Below, piece after piece: positions 24,380 to 35,126 of a DNA stretch of 64,000 bases. The notes under the pieces were generated by a model. That model worked only from the letters and a program-made list of their open reading frames with translations, had not been told where the DNA came from and ran no database searches. The stretch comes from a virus (lineage: Duplodnaviria > Caudoviricetes): IMG/VR virus record IMGVR_UViG_3300047160_024814, positions 15,978 through 79,977 of that record; one strand, 5' to 3'. The translations under genes and the position numbers were made by a program. Within the stretch, counting starts at the first letter, position 1; every line of letters starts with the position of its first letter.

Positions 24380-26930
24380 CGGCGTCCAATTCGGTTTGGG
24401 TTTTCAGGCGGATGCCTTTGACCGCGGGCTCCGCCGTGGCGCCGATTTTCTTTCGTAGTGTCCCGCCTTTATCATTCTTTAATGAACATCCCATCCGCTG
24501 CAATGATTTCTTGAATCGGCCTTCATCGAACCCCCCGCCAACCATGTTGATACTGCCCGGCATTTCCTGTTTCATCCAGGCTTTGAAATCGTTGATAAGG
24601 ATATCCATCAACGTGATCTCTTCGGTAGCTTCCTGACCATGCACCGTGCGCGCCAGCATCCAGGCGAACAGCGTGTCATGTTCGGACAGAACGTCGCGGG
24701 CTTCCACCAGCATGACGTGTGGCACCTCTGGCAGCTTCATGCGCTTGCTAATATCCCAATTGTCAGGTTTCACCACGTGCCGGGCGTACTGCATCATGCG
24801 GCCAAGGATCGCGCCCGACTCCTGGAACACGATCTTGTCTTCCAGCCCAGGGTCGGGATTGCGCGGCATCCGGGTCGTGCCGATGAGGCGAAAACGCCGC
24901 TGGATGGCAGGCGTGGCCCGGCCGAAGGCCGGCAGTTCATTGCAGACCACCAGCAACCCCGCCTCACACTTGAATGTCGTGGCGTCCTCCCGCATACCAC
25001 GCGCCGAGATCATGTCGCCACCCGTGATCTGTTTCAGGATACCTTCCTCCCAGCGGTCCTTCTCGCGCATTTCCGTGACAATTGCCAGTCGTTTCGCCCG
25101 TAACTGGTTGCGGTTGGTGTCATGCAGCCGGAAGCCTTCCTCCAACAACACCCGCCGGTCGAGCGACACGGCGTAATCACCGAAAACCCGCTGCAGCACA
25201 TTGACCAGTGTCGTCTTGCCATTACCACCCGGCCCCCAGATCACCACGAAGGCATCTTCTGTCGGGTCGCCCAGCAGGCAGTAGCCGAACCAATGCCACA
25301 TCCACTCGACGACCTCCCGGTTGCCGTTGGCCAGACCCTCCAGCAGATTGTCAAACAAGGGTGTGGCCAGGATGCCGAAGTTTGGCTCAGCTCCGGTTTT
25401 GCGCACGTCGTACAGGCGCTTGGTATCACCAAGACTGGCCTTGCCGAGACTGTCGAGACTCCATGTCGCACCGGGGGTGCGGATGAAATGGCCAATCGGT
25501 TTTTTCAGATTGCGTAATGTCAATCGTGGTGTGATCATCCGCAATACAGCGTCATACCGGGCGGTTGAAAGCAGACCTGTTTTGTCGACATCTGTCCAGT
25601 TCGTGCCGAACCGGTTGACATAGCGATGCATCAGGTAATCAAGTTCGAGTTTCACTGTGGCATGGTTGTCGGTATCCAGTTCCCAGCCATTCTCCCAGCA
25701 TAGCCAGCGATCGATATCGGAATCATAGGCATAAGTCTGTTGCATGCCGCCGTTGTCCTCAAACCCGACATCAATCAGATATTTGGCTATGGCAGCGTCT
25801 GACTTTTCGGTACCAGGGATGTGCGGTGTGAGAACCTTGGGCGATGCTGGATGAATGATATCCTCTGGCGCGATCGGGTCCGCAGGCCCCGGCTCGTCAG
25901 CCTCCGGTTCAGGCTCATCGGCGTCGAATACTTCACAGGTCGGTGGGATGCCTTCGCCGGCCACTGACCATAACCGGCGGCATTGCCGATAATCCCGATA
26001 GCCATCGAAGCCGTCGACATGACCGGGGATCTTGCCTTTCTCTTCCAGCCATGGCGCCGTAACCGGGCAAGAGGCCAGCAAAGCGATGGTCTCGGAGATC
26101 GAACAACCGAATCCTTTGGCGAGTTTGATGATAGTCAATGCGTACATTGACCGATCGATCAGAGTGGGGTTGCGTTCGCGCATCTTCGGTGGTGTCGGTG
26201 GTTCGCCCTTGAGATAGGCGAAGAGTGGACTGGTCGGGTGGTACTGAGTCAACTGATCGATGAGGCTCTTTGTATCAACCCGCAGATCGACGGCGCCGGC
26301 ATCGACCATATCGCGAATACGTTCGCTAGGGCGTGGACCGAGTTCGGTGAGGATCTGTTCCAGTTCGTCCCAGGGGACGATGCGCAACTCCTGCCGGTCC
26401 TCGAACATGTTGCAGGTGACTGTGAAGAATCGCTTGCCGGCGTAGACCTCGACCTTGCTGCCGTCCGGTTGTTTCCAGAATGTACCCCAACGGTCGCGCA
26501 GCCAGAGCAAAAAACTTGTATGGTCACTGGTTGTCAGACGGAACAGCAAATGATAGCCGGCGCCTGATGGCGTAATCTCGGTATATGTATCGGCCTTACG
26601 AATGAGACTTAATGCCTGGGGTGTCGTCTGGCCTTGTCGCCGTGCGTTATCGAGATCAAAACCCGCGAGATGAGTGCCATCCCCAAGATCCGTGAAAACC
26701 AGGCCAAGACGATAATAGGTTGTGTCAAATCCCTGCAATTGCGGGATGGTTGTCCACGTGCCTGGATCAGTGGCTGAAGCCAGGCTGCCGTCCCGCATGC
26801 AAGGCACTTTGGTGTACTTGGGCTTACCGTCTTGGCCGATGCCGGTTTGTTTGGTAAACCAGAGAAGCCATATCGGCTTTTCCCGGAGTTCAATCAGCCG
26901 TACAGAATCCCCAAGGACAGTGCTCATCAT
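24360..26930 (-). CDS. Primase-helicase: N-terminal AEP-type prim-pol, D5_N and SF3 helicase
   Basis: GFDLDN, YTEITPSGAGYH, WGPGGNGKTT (Walker A), LAIVTE, LKQITGGDMISAR, CNELP. Confidence 0.9.
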   Translation of the reverse strand: MMSTVLGDSVRLIELREKPIWLLWFTKQTGIGQDGKPKYTKVPCMRDGSLASATDPGTWTTIPQLQGFDTTYYRLGLVFTDLGDGTHLAGFDLDNARRQGQTTPQALSLIRKADTYTEITPSGAGYHLLFRLTTSDHTSFLLWLRDRWGTFWKQPDGSKVEVYAGKRFFTVTCNMFEDRQELRIVPWDELEQILTELGPRPSERIRDMVDAGAVDLRVDTKSLIDQLTQYHPTSPLFAYLKGEPPTPPKMRERNPTLIDRSMYALTIIKLAKGFGCSISETIALLASCPVTAPWLEEKGKIPGHVDGFDGYRDYRQCRRLWSVAGEGIPPTCEVFDADEPEPEADEPGPADPIAPEDIIHPASPKVLTPHIPGTEKSDAAIAKYLIDVGFEDNGGMQQTYAYDSDIDRWLCWENGWELDTDNHATVKLELDYLMHRYVNRFGTNWTDVDKTGLLSTARYDAVLRMITPRLTLRNLKKPIGHFIRTPGATWSLDSLGKASLGDTKRLYDVRKTGAEPNFGILATPLFDNLLEGLANGNREVVEWMWHWFGYCLLGDPTEDAFVVIWGPGGNGKTTLVNVLQRVFGDYAVSLDRRVLLEEGFRLHDTNRNQLRAKRLAIVTEMREKDRWEEGILKQITGGDMISARGMREDATTFKCEAGLLVVCNELPAFGRATPAIQRRFRLIGTTRMPRNPDPGLEDKIVFQESGAILGRMMQYARHVVKPDNWDISKRMKLPEVPHVMLVEARDVLSEHDTLFAWMLARTVHGQEATEEITLMDILINDFKAWMKQEMPGSINMVGGGFDEGRFKKSLQRMGCSLKNDKGGTLRKKIGATAEPAVKGIRLKTQTELDADGATDV

Positions 26931-29422
26931 CAGTCCTTCAGATAACGTTCGTTGGCAGAAGCCTCGACTGCGACCGGCAGTCCATAAGCCCAGTCAGGTA
27001 AATTCGTCATGACAGACCGAATTTCAGCAGCCGCAAGTTCGATTGTCGGGAAACGGGATTGCAGTACTTGGCAGACTATTTCATCATGCACCGTAAGGCA
27101 GGGCGCATCGCCACGATTTTCCAGATTGATCATGGCAAAAGCCATGATGTCGCGAGCTAAAGCTTGGACACAATTTGATACCAGGATAGGTATACCCTGA
27201 GAGTTTCTGATAGTGAATCGATGATGAGGACCCGTGTTTATTAAATCATAGACCAAGGTCTTCGAAACAGTGTCTTCTTTGGCCAACCACGGGAGAGACG
27301 GTAATGTAGAGCACGCGAGTGGTGACCGAACCCGAGAAAACTTACAGCTGTCAACATATTCTTTCGGCAATTGGTATGATCGACGAAACGCTTCCGATGC
27401 AGCGGCAAAGGTCGTGGTTGAACAGGAAGCCATTCCGCCAGAAGTAAGGACCTTATGGTCCGGTGTGATTTTAATTCCGTCAAATTCGATGACACCCTGA
27501 ACTCCCTTATTAATGAGACCCTCGTGACGCACCCATTCAAGACCATCCCACACTTTGTCGGTGAGCAGAACGTCATTGAGTAACTTCCAGCCATTATCAG
27601 TCAGTACTTCAGTATCTCCGGCCAGACAGTTCTCAACCAGCAGGCCTCTCCAGATCTGCCGGCGCATTTGTTCGACATCGAACGCACCATAAAATTCAGG
27701 ATGTTTCAGGTAGGTGATCGCGTCACCTTCCTCACCCCATGGCATCATCTTTCGTTCAATCCGGGGGTACCAATAAGTGATGCAGTTGTCGGATGGTAAC
27801 AACATCTGCAGCACATTCTCGTTGCGCACAAAACTGATCCGGTATTCGGTGCCAAACACCGGACCCGGTGGCGCCCGCATGCATTCAAAAGCCGTCCGTA
27901 ATAAGGTCGCGCCGAATTCAACAATTGGTGCATTGGCCTGCCGCCAGCGATCGACAATGTCTTTTTTCTCGCCCGGCACCTTTACTCCGAAGATGCGTTC
28001 GGCAGTCAGTAGTGCTCCCTCGCCACCCAAAAAACCGAAAGCCAGTTCGAGGGCTTTGCCTGTTTGCCGGCCTTCCTTGGAGACGTCGTGGTAATCGATT
28101 CCCATGACATCGGCGAAGTTGACGATATAGACATCAGGCCCCTCACCCCGGTCATACGCCCGGAACATATCCAGCCGGCGAACGTGTTTTGCCAGCCATG
28201 CCGTGATCCGTGCCTCGATCTGTGAATAGTCACCGCGCGCCAGCCAGCAGCCGGTGTCTGCCATGAACATCGGCCGGATCAATTCACTCATCACCACGAG
28301 CGGTGGTCCGAAAGCTTTGGCCAAGGTCTCAGGAGTTATCAGTCCTGTTAGAATTGCAGTGATGATCCGCATGGCATTCTTAACGATGCGGCTGCGTGGC
28401 AGGTTCTGCAGTTGCGCGCCACGGGAGGAAAACCGGCCTGTGGATGGAGCTCCGCGATAGACGATCGCGCCACGCAGATAATCGTCACAATTCAATCGGT
28501 TGTGAATGGCACTCAGCTTGGCAACCGACGACTTGCCGCCGTCGCGCCGCAAGACCAGCATCTCACGAATGATCGGATTGGTTTCTGGATCATCGATCGC
28601 CTCAGTGACAATGTGTTTGCCGAGACTGTCGAGGTCGATCTGAAAATCTTCCTTGATCCACCTGCGGATGGCATGCGGGTTAGATACCTTGCCAACCTTG
28701 AAATTGGACAAGACGTTGACGCGTTTATTCAAGTCCTGTGTTACATCGGTGGCAAAACCGGCCATCCGGTTGAGCAAATCCTTATCGACTTTGATACCAC
28801 GGCCGTTGATTCGGGACGTGACAGCGGCGATTTGGGCCTCAAAGGGTGTAAGTTCCGGCAATGCCCGGTCGGCGTCGCGTTCGGCCTCCACATCGGCAAT
28901 ACAGTAAGCAATCAGTTTTGTCATGCTCGCCGGGTCTTCAACCCAGACCGGTCGGCCACCCGGATCATAGCCGCGGGGCTGGCACATCGTCAGCATGACT
29001 TCCTTGCCTTCGGTGTCCTTCTTGTGGATCAGCCGGAGGGCAACCGCGACTTTCTCCAGGGCTCGCGGCAGGCCGACCTGGGCTGCACGGTTGGCGGTGC
29101 ATGACCAGCGTTCCGACTTCGCTAGTTCGGTCCAGGTCTCGACGTCCAGGATCTGCTGCCGCCAGCCGACGACCGCCAGCATGGTGTGTTCGAATTCTGC
29201 GTTGTGCGCGATGAATACCGAACGGGGATCGAGGATGGCCATGCGCAAGTCAGCCGGCAGTTTCTCGCCAGCTAATGTATGCCATGTATGAATCGGACCT
29301 TCGTCGATACACCAACAGACGACGATGATCTGCGTCCACGGGTCTTCGACATACTTGTACACGCCGTACGCGTTGAGATTGACTGTGCTACGGCTTTCGA
29401 TATCGATATGAACCCGGAGCAT
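26930..29422 (-). CDS. Family A DNA polymerase (SPO2/APSE-type) containing a mini-intein
   Basis: HIDIESRS, AHNAEFE, YCIADVEAE, TGRFSSRGAQLQNLPR, DYSQIEAR, GKALELAFGF, VHDEIV. Confidence 0.93.
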   Translation of the reverse strand: MLRVHIDIESRSTVNLNAYGVYKYVEDPWTQIIVVCWCIDEGPIHTWHTLAGEKLPADLRMAILDPRSVFIAHNAEFEHTMLAVVGWRQQILDVETWTELAKSERWSCTANRAAQVGLPRALEKVAVALRLIHKKDTEGKEVMLTMCQPRGYDPGGRPVWVEDPASMTKLIAYCIADVEAERDADRALPELTPFEAQIAAVTSRINGRGIKVDKDLLNRMAGFATDVTQDLNKRVNVLSNFKVGKVSNPHAIRRWIKEDFQIDLDSLGKHIVTEAIDDPETNPIIREMLVLRRDGGKSSVAKLSAIHNRLNCDDYLRGAIVYRGAPSTGRFSSRGAQLQNLPRSRIVKNAMRIITAILTGLITPETLAKAFGPPLVVMSELIRPMFMADTGCWLARGDYSQIEARITAWLAKHVRRLDMFRAYDRGEGPDVYIVNFADVMGIDYHDVSKEGRQTGKALELAFGFLGGEGALLTAERIFGVKVPGEKKDIVDRWRQANAPIVEFGATLLRTAFECMRAPPGPVFGTEYRISFVRNENVLQMLLPSDNCITYWYPRIERKMMPWGEEGDAITYLKHPEFYGAFDVEQMRRQIWRGLLVENCLAGDTEVLTDNGWKLLNDVLLTDKVWDGLEWVRHEGLINKGVQGVIEFDGIKITPDHKVLTSGGMASCSTTTFAAASEAFRRSYQLPKEYVDSCKFSRVRSPLACSTLPSLPWLAKEDTVSKTLVYDLINTGPHHRFTIRNSQGIPILVSNCVQALARDIMAFAMINLENRGDAPCLTVHDEIVCQVLQSRFPTIELAAAEIRSVMTNLPDWAYGLPVAVEASANERYLKD
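27173..27628 (-). mobile_element. Mini-intein (152 aa, no homing endonuclease)
   Basis: EN|CLAGDTEVLT (block A), TPDHKV (block B), VYDL (block F), LVSN|CVQA (block G with Cys+1). Removal restores ENCVQA. Confidence 0.9.
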
Positions 29423-29586
29423 CAGGTTTGCAGCAGGTAGTCACGTTTCTCGGCTTGACGCCTAGATATGGTGTGTTTCATTGTGGTTGCTCGCCGTCTG
29501 GGGTTACGGACGTGTCGGACCTGCCAGTCTGCGCCGGCTGATCCTGGGAAGGCAAGTGATGAATCGCATATTGCTCATTGACACCA

Positions 29587-29615
29587 TTGACACATCATGT
29601 GTCAAGTGCTATGTT
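29587..29615 (+). promoter_or_regulatory. Sigma70 promoter overlapped by a perfect palindrome
   Basis: TTGACACATCATGTGTCAA (29587-29605); TTGACA-17-TATGTT; CATTGACAC tandem duplicated at 29576-29593. Confidence 0.7.
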
Positions 29616-29634
29616 CTCACCTATGCAGGACGCG

Positions 29635-30162
29635 ATGGCTGACATCATCATCGGCGTGGACCCCGGCGTGCATGGTGCGCTCGCATGGTTCCTCGATCGC
29701 GAATTGTTCTATGTGCAGAATCTGCCGAAGATCGATGAATCGAAGCCGACCAAAGGCGCTGCGCTGCGCGACATCATCGGCGGCGCGAAGGTCAAACGGT
29801 CGTTCAAGTCCGACACCGATGGGCTGGTGAAGACGTTCAGGGCGATCGTGCGCGGCCGACCAGCCACCATGATCCTCGAACGCGTGCACACATTCCCTGG
29901 CCAGGGCGCGGTCTCGACCGGCAAGCTGATCAAGTCGTTCGGCGATATCTGCGGTGCTGCCAGCATGTGTGGTATCCAAATACTGCCAGTCGACCCGACC
30001 GAATGGAAACGTCGAATTGGTGCAAACAGTGACAAGCGCCATTCTTTGCAAATGGCTAAAAGATTGTTTCCGCTTTTCGCTCATGAATTTGAAAAACAAC
30101 TTGACCATAATAAAGCAGAAGCCGCGCTGATCGGCTATTATGGGGTCAAATGGATACCCTGA
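29635..30162 (+). CDS. RuvC-like Holliday junction resolvase
   Basis: IIGVDPG, ILERV, PTEWKR, HNKAEAALI. Confidence 0.85.
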   Translation: MADIIIGVDPGVHGALAWFLDRELFYVQNLPKIDESKPTKGAALRDIIGGAKVKRSFKSDTDGLVKTFRAIVRGRPATMILERVHTFPGQGAVSTGKLIKSFGDICGAASMCGIQILPVDPTEWKRRIGANSDKRHSLQMAKRLFPLFAHEFEKQLDHNKAEAALIGYYGVKWIP

Positions 30163-31568
30163 ACCCCTACCCCTTCCAGGAAGAAGGCATCCGGTGGCTT
30201 TGCACGGGGCGCCCGAACGCCGGGCGGCATAATCTACATGGAATCTTAGCCGATGAGATGGGTCTCGGGAAAACAGTACAAGCCATCCGTGCTGCCGACC
30301 AGTTGGAGGCCCGCAAGATCTTGATATTGTGTCAGGGTATCGCCCGTGACACCTGGAAACGCGAGATCGAACAATGGCAGCTTTATGACCGGGAGGTCTC
30401 GATCATTCGCGGCAGTGAGAAGCCCCGCCTCACCGATGTGACGATTTGTGCCTACCAGACGCTCCGCTCACTCGATGTGCTGACCGAAATCGGAGTGAAG
30501 CACAGTTGGGACATCCTCATCTGTGATGAGGCCCAGGCGATGAAAGAGCCCAAATCGTTGACCACCCAAGTGGTCTATGGAGCGAACTTCTTCATGGAGC
30601 GCAGCGTCGGTTCGCGTGCCGAAGTGGTCTGGCTATTGACCGGCACGCCGCTTTTGAACAATCCGAAAGAAATCTGGACCCATGGCATGGCCTGCTTTCC
30701 GAGCGCCGTGCGGGACTTCGAAAATTTCAACATGTGGCAGAACCATTTTTGTGTCTGGAAACAGACCGAACACGCGAAAAAAGTACTGGCCGCACGCAAC
30801 GAAGCCGAATTGTGGGAACGGTTTTATCCCTACATTCTAAGACGTACCCAGGCGCAGGAATTGCCGGGCCTGCCCGAGCTGCGCTGGGGCCACGTCAATG
30901 TCCGGCCCGACATGGTTCCGCGCCTGCCACCTGAACTTGTCGAAGCCCAAATGGTGCTCAACGCCTGTCTTGCCCGGCTAAAAAATGATCCCTCACCAGA
31001 CGAAGTGCAGGTGATCCTCTCGGCTCAAACCCTGCATCTGGCGTCGCTATTGCGGTGGACTGGTGTGGTGAAGGCCCGAGCGGTGGCCGAATCGGTGATG
31101 GAGGATTTCTCGTCCGGCGTGAAGAAAATGGTGCTGTTCGCCCGGCATACCGAGGTGTTCGAGACTTTACAAAAAGAGATACCAGGGAGTGTTGTTATTT
31201 CCGGCGATACTCCACAAAACAGGACACGACAATTTCCCGAGGGGAAACGCCAATATCTAATTGACGCATTCATGGGTCGTGTGCCAGGATTCGAACCACG
31301 ATGCCTTATTCTCTCGATCGACATTGCTGCCACGTCATTGACTCTAACAGCTGCCCATCATGTAGGCATTATCGAATCCGGCTGGGTGCCGGCGATCATG
31401 CAACAGGCGGTAAAACGGCTGCATCGGATTGGTCAGACTGAAAAAGTGCTGGCACGGATCTATTCTCTGGCGGGCAGCATTGACGAAGCAGTGAATGAGG
31501 TTATCTTGAGAAAGTACCTGATGACATCACGTATCCATAAATCCTTCGAAAGGACAAAAGTTGCATGA
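30150..31568 (+). CDS. SNF2-family helicase/translocase
   Basis: ILADEMGLGKT, ICDEAQ, LTGTPLLN, QAVKRLHRIGQ. Confidence 0.92.
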   Translation: MDTLNPYPFQEEGIRWLCTGRPNAGRHNLHGILADEMGLGKTVQAIRAADQLEARKILILCQGIARDTWKREIEQWQLYDREVSIIRGSEKPRLTDVTICAYQTLRSLDVLTEIGVKHSWDILICDEAQAMKEPKSLTTQVVYGANFFMERSVGSRAEVVWLLTGTPLLNNPKEIWTHGMACFPSAVRDFENFNMWQNHFCVWKQTEHAKKVLAARNEAELWERFYPYILRRTQAQELPGLPELRWGHVNVRPDMVPRLPPELVEAQMVLNACLARLKNDPSPDEVQVILSAQTLHLASLLRWTGVVKARAVAESVMEDFSSGVKKMVLFARHTEVFETLQKEIPGSVVISGDTPQNRTRQFPEGKRQYLIDAFMGRVPGFEPRCLILSIDIAATSLTLTAAHHVGIIESGWVPAIMQQAVKRLHRIGQTEKVLARIYSLAGSIDEAVNEVILRKYLMTSRIHKSFERTKVA

Positions 31569-32299
31569 GAATAGAACTTGACGAAACCGACCTCGCCTCC
31601 ATCACTGCCATCCGAGCCGCCCAGCACGCTTTGGACGCCTTGGAGGATTTCTATGGTCAATTGGCTGCGGAGGGTAACGCACCGGTCCGCACCCGGCGTC
31701 CCCGATCGGCCCGAATCAACGGAGCCACCGAGCCCGAGTCCGAGCCCGCCGACGCCGAATCAGGGGAAACCGTAGAATACGAATTCACCAAGGAGCAGAT
31801 GGACAACGCCGGGAAGTTTAATCCGCGGATCATCGAGCTGCGCCGTGGCAAGGGCCAGAAATCCTCACTAATCAAGCGCGAAGTCAATGGACTCGTGCGA
31901 CAGGTGTTGGCGGAACAGCGCGGCACATCACTTCCGGCCCCGGTTGGTGAGGCCCCGCCTCTTGATCCGGCGCCCATTACGGCATCCACGGCGGCACCTC
32001 CAGCGTCAACAGCGCCTGTTGCGCCCCCACCGCCTGCCGGAGCCTTGCCGCCAGGTCTGCAATCCTTGATAGACGGCGCCAGCAAACCACCGCCCCCGGT
32101 CACTACAACGGCTTCAAGCCTGACGGAGAATGAGCTGCGCGACTGGGTCGAACAGTACGCCTTGGCCATGCCACAGCCCCATGGCCATCATTGGTGGCAG
32201 AACGTGATCAAAAAGAGTGGCACCGACTGGGGCAGCATCCCGGTCGACTTTCTGGCGCAAGTGCATGCCAATCCGGATGCATTCAAACCGGCTGTATGA
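31565..32299 (+). CDS. Pro/Ala-rich hypothetical protein of the replication module
   Basis: 244 aa; ATGA coupling at both ends. Confidence 0.7.
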   Translation: MRIELDETDLASITAIRAAQHALDALEDFYGQLAAEGNAPVRTRRPRSARINGATEPESEPADAESGETVEYEFTKEQMDNAGKFNPRIIELRRGKGQKSSLIKREVNGLVRQVLAEQRGTSLPAPVGEAPPLDPAPITASTAAPPASTAPVAPPPPAGALPPGLQSLIDGASKPPPPVTTTASSLTENELRDWVEQYALAMPQPHGHHWWQNVIKKSGTDWGSIPVDFLAQVHANPDAFKPAV

Positions 32300-33873
32300 T
32301 CGATTGTGAATGGCACCTCTACGGCAAGGCCGGTGATGATACGATCTGCCTGCAATTCCCGTCCTGGCAGATGGTCATCGACCGGGTGGTGCCATTCGCT
32401 CACTCCCGCGTACCCGACTATCAGCTCGCTATTCTTCGCCATGAAATTGCTCTCGCCCGGCCCAACATGGTCTGGCTGCTCTACTGTGACGACAATTGTG
32501 TATTCAGGCTGAGACCCGTCAGGAAACATACACCGATGGAATTTCAGACAATCATCCAGAACAATGTCGAGGAAGATGCCCCGGAACACGCGCCATGCGG
32601 GGCCTCGTCAGCCTATCGCTGGATGCCCTGTCCCGGCTCGATCCGCCTGATCGAAGACCTGAAAGAGCACCAACCACATCTGCTACCTGGTCCGTCCTAT
32701 TTTGCCATGGACGGTTCGATCGCCCACAAACTCGCACAACTCGCACTGGAATCAGGTCAGGACGCAATCGTTTACATCGATCGTCAATTGCATCTCCATA
32801 ACCGTCAGACCGGCGAGATCACCTACTCGCAGCATGTCAACGAGGACATGGCGGTGGCCGTGCAAGTCTGGTTGGACGAATGCCGCCAGCACCGCCATTT
32901 GATCTACCAGATCGAATCCCGCCTTTCGATGCGCAAACTCAACCCACCCGTCAATATGTACGGCACGGCGGATTTTTGGGCACTCGATATCCCCAATCGC
33001 ACAATCTACATCTATGACTACAAGCATGGCCGTGGTGTCACGATCTATGCGGAGGACAACCCGCAGGCCAAGTATTATGCCGTGCTGGTGCTGGCCAATC
33101 TGCCGGAAGAAATCCCCTTCCCCGAACATGTGGTCATTAAGATTGTACAGCCTCGTGGCCAGGGCGAAAATCCAATCAAGTCGGTGACTTACAAGGCGAA
33201 GGATCTGTTGATCTGGGCGCGCGACGAGTTATTGCCTGCTGCCGCTCGCACGCAGGACCCGGAAGCGCCTTTCGTGGCCGGTGATCATTGTCGTTTCTGC
33301 CCGGCCAAAGGCGTCTGTGCCGCCGCTGCCCGCTTCTCCATCGAACAGGCGGGCGTTATCGATTTCGACCCCGATACGGAAAACCTGCCTGCCGTGATGG
33401 AAAAACGGCTGCTCGATCCAATTTCGATTCCAGTAGCAGATCTCGCCCGCGCTCGCCTGTATTTCGACTACGTCCGCGATTGGATGCGACGCGTCGATGA
33501 CGTGTTGAAAACCTACATCATGAACGGTCACGACGTGACATTGTGGGATCTAGAGCATAAAGAGGGCAAACGGAGATGGATCAATGAGGATAAGACAGTT
33601 GACGTCTTGAAATCACTTGGCTGCAATGAAGATATGCTCTATACAAAGAAAATGCTGTCGCCGAAAACTGCAGAAGATTTGCTGTACCGGCAGCTGCGTG
33701 AATTGAAAACCCCGGCGAAAATGGCTCAGGCTTTGGCATCGAGAACCGTCAACGATCTGGCCACCCGCCCCGAGATTGCTCCCGGTCTGGTACCGAAGGG
33801 CAGTAAGCATCCTGTCCTGCCAAGAGGCCAGGATACATTCGACGCCGACAGCTTGGAGAATGTTGAACTCTAG
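32296..33873 (+). CDS. DUF2800-family PD-(D/E)XK (Cas4-like) nuclease
   Basis: HAPCGASSAYRWMPCPGS, GTADF, IYDYKHGRG, NPQAKYYA, GDHCRFCPAKGVC. Start is 32296 or 32537. Confidence 0.85.
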   Translation: MIDCEWHLYGKAGDDTICLQFPSWQMVIDRVVPFAHSRVPDYQLAILRHEIALARPNMVWLLYCDDNCVFRLRPVRKHTPMEFQTIIQNNVEEDAPEHAPCGASSAYRWMPCPGSIRLIEDLKEHQPHLLPGPSYFAMDGSIAHKLAQLALESGQDAIVYIDRQLHLHNRQTGEITYSQHVNEDMAVAVQVWLDECRQHRHLIYQIESRLSMRKLNPPVNMYGTADFWALDIPNRTIYIYDYKHGRGVTIYAEDNPQAKYYAVLVLANLPEEIPFPEHVVIKIVQPRGQGENPIKSVTYKAKDLLIWARDELLPAAARTQDPEAPFVAGDHCRFCPAKGVCAAAARFSIEQAGVIDFDPDTENLPAVMEKRLLDPISIPVADLARARLYFDYVRDWMRRVDDVLKTYIMNGHDVTLWDLEHKEGKRRWINEDKTVDVLKSLGCNEDMLYTKKMLSPKTAEDLLYRQLRELKTPAKMAQALASRTVNDLATRPEIAPGLVPKGSKHPVLPRGQDTFDADSLENVEL

Positions 33874-33914
33874 AAATCGAGAAATCGAGAACGCAAAGAA
33901 AGGACGAAACAACG

Positions 33915-34739
33915 ATGGCATTCCGTTTAGATCTGGTGAATCTGTCCTATCCACATCTGTACGTACCACAAGCTTTCCGGGGTAATCGTGGCCCGGGAGG
34001 TCCGATTCAGATGGAGGATGGCAGCAACAAGCTACGCTACAAGGCCGAACTCCGCATTCCCTACACCGCGCAGGGCAGTCCTTTCTACCTGAAGGACCCG
34101 CCGGCCGCGATGCAGCTCACGCAACAGCGCGACGCGCTGATGCAGGAATGCATGAATATCCTGGTCGCCAATATGCATATGACCGACTTGCAGGTGATGC
34201 AGGAGATCAAGGTCGGCCGAATCTTGTGGCCCTTCCACAGTACCCAGGCTCTGGCAAACACCCGAGCGGACGGTACCGAGATCTGTGATTCGCAGAAATG
34301 GGAGTGGTATATTCGCACGTCGACCGAGACCAAGCCTGAATGCTACGACCGCTATCCAGCCAACCCGCCACAGCGTAACGCTCAGGGCAAGCCGATGCCG
34401 GCCCTGCTCGCGCAGCCACGCAACGACAGACTCTATGGCGGCTGTATCGTGAAGGCCTTCGTCAACCCTGCCTGGAACAAGTTCCGGCCGGGCGTGTCGA
34501 TCTTCCTCAACACGATCCAGCACTGGGCGGATGACGACCGGATCGATGGACGCATTCCAGCGTCCGAAGTCTGGGAAGCGGATGAAAACCCGCCTGCCGA
34601 CATGGTCGTTGATCCAGGCCAGCCGACACCGCGCAGCGCGATCGATACCGGCGTAGCGGTCAATCAGTCAACGGTCGGTCAGACTTTGGCTGGTGTGTTC
34701 AGCAGCGGCTTGCCACCGCCGCGGCGCCCCGCCGCCTAA
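33915..34739 (+). CDS. DUF2815-family single-stranded DNA-binding protein
   Basis: LSYPHL, LYGGCIVKAFVN, GVSIFLNTIQ..ADDDRIDG; position next to DUF2800. Confidence 0.8.
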   Translation: MAFRLDLVNLSYPHLYVPQAFRGNRGPGGPIQMEDGSNKLRYKAELRIPYTAQGSPFYLKDPPAAMQLTQQRDALMQECMNILVANMHMTDLQVMQEIKVGRILWPFHSTQALANTRADGTEICDSQKWEWYIRTSTETKPECYDRYPANPPQRNAQGKPMPALLAQPRNDRLYGGCIVKAFVNPAWNKFRPGVSIFLNTIQHWADDDRIDGRIPASEVWEADENPPADMVVDPGQPTPRSAIDTGVAVNQSTVGQTLAGVFSSGLPPPRRPAA

Positions 34740-34749
34740 TCCGTCAGGT

Positions 34750-34822
34750 TCGCGACACATCGGTCAAACGGTGTGTCGCACCCGACCGAGCAAAACCGAC
34801 TGATCGAGCAAAACCGACTGAT
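34750..34822. terminator. Bidirectional terminator-like hairpin plus an 18-bp tandem duplication
   Basis: GCGACACATCG/CGGTGTGTCGC stem between convergent genes; CGAGCAAAACCGACTGAT x2 at 34787-34822. Confidence 0.5.
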
Positions 34823-34823
34823 C

Positions 34824-35012
34824 TCAAGGCAGGCCCCGTATCATGCCTGTCATTGGCAAAAACCACCCCAGCAAGACCAGCACAATAATCAACAGCAGGA
34901 CTAGCTGAGCGATCACCCCGAACGGATGCGGCAACGGCAGCAGGGTGATGATGTACCAAGCAATCCCGGCAATGATAATCAGAACTAGTAAGCTGATCAG
35001 CAGGCTTATCAT
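34824..35012 (-). CDS. Small membrane protein with two transmembrane helices
   Basis: MISLLISLLVLIIIAGIAWYII.LLPLP.PF..IAQLVLLLII; GGGAGA SD. Confidence 0.7.
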   Translation of the reverse strand: MISLLISLLVLIIIAGIAWYIITLLPLPHPFGVIAQLVLLLIIVLVLLGWFLPMTGMIRGLP

Positions 35013-35126
35013 TGCGTTCTCCCAGTCTGGGGACCGGTCGTCGGCTCACCACGAGTTGACTTGCATTTCATAGTAGCATTAGAAACCAGGACTTGCCTAG
35101 CGCCTCAACCCCAGAGGGGCCACAAG

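Noticed and set aside
33871-33890. GAAATCGA tandem duplication before the SSB gene
   Set aside because: Only two short copies, too weak to assign a function.
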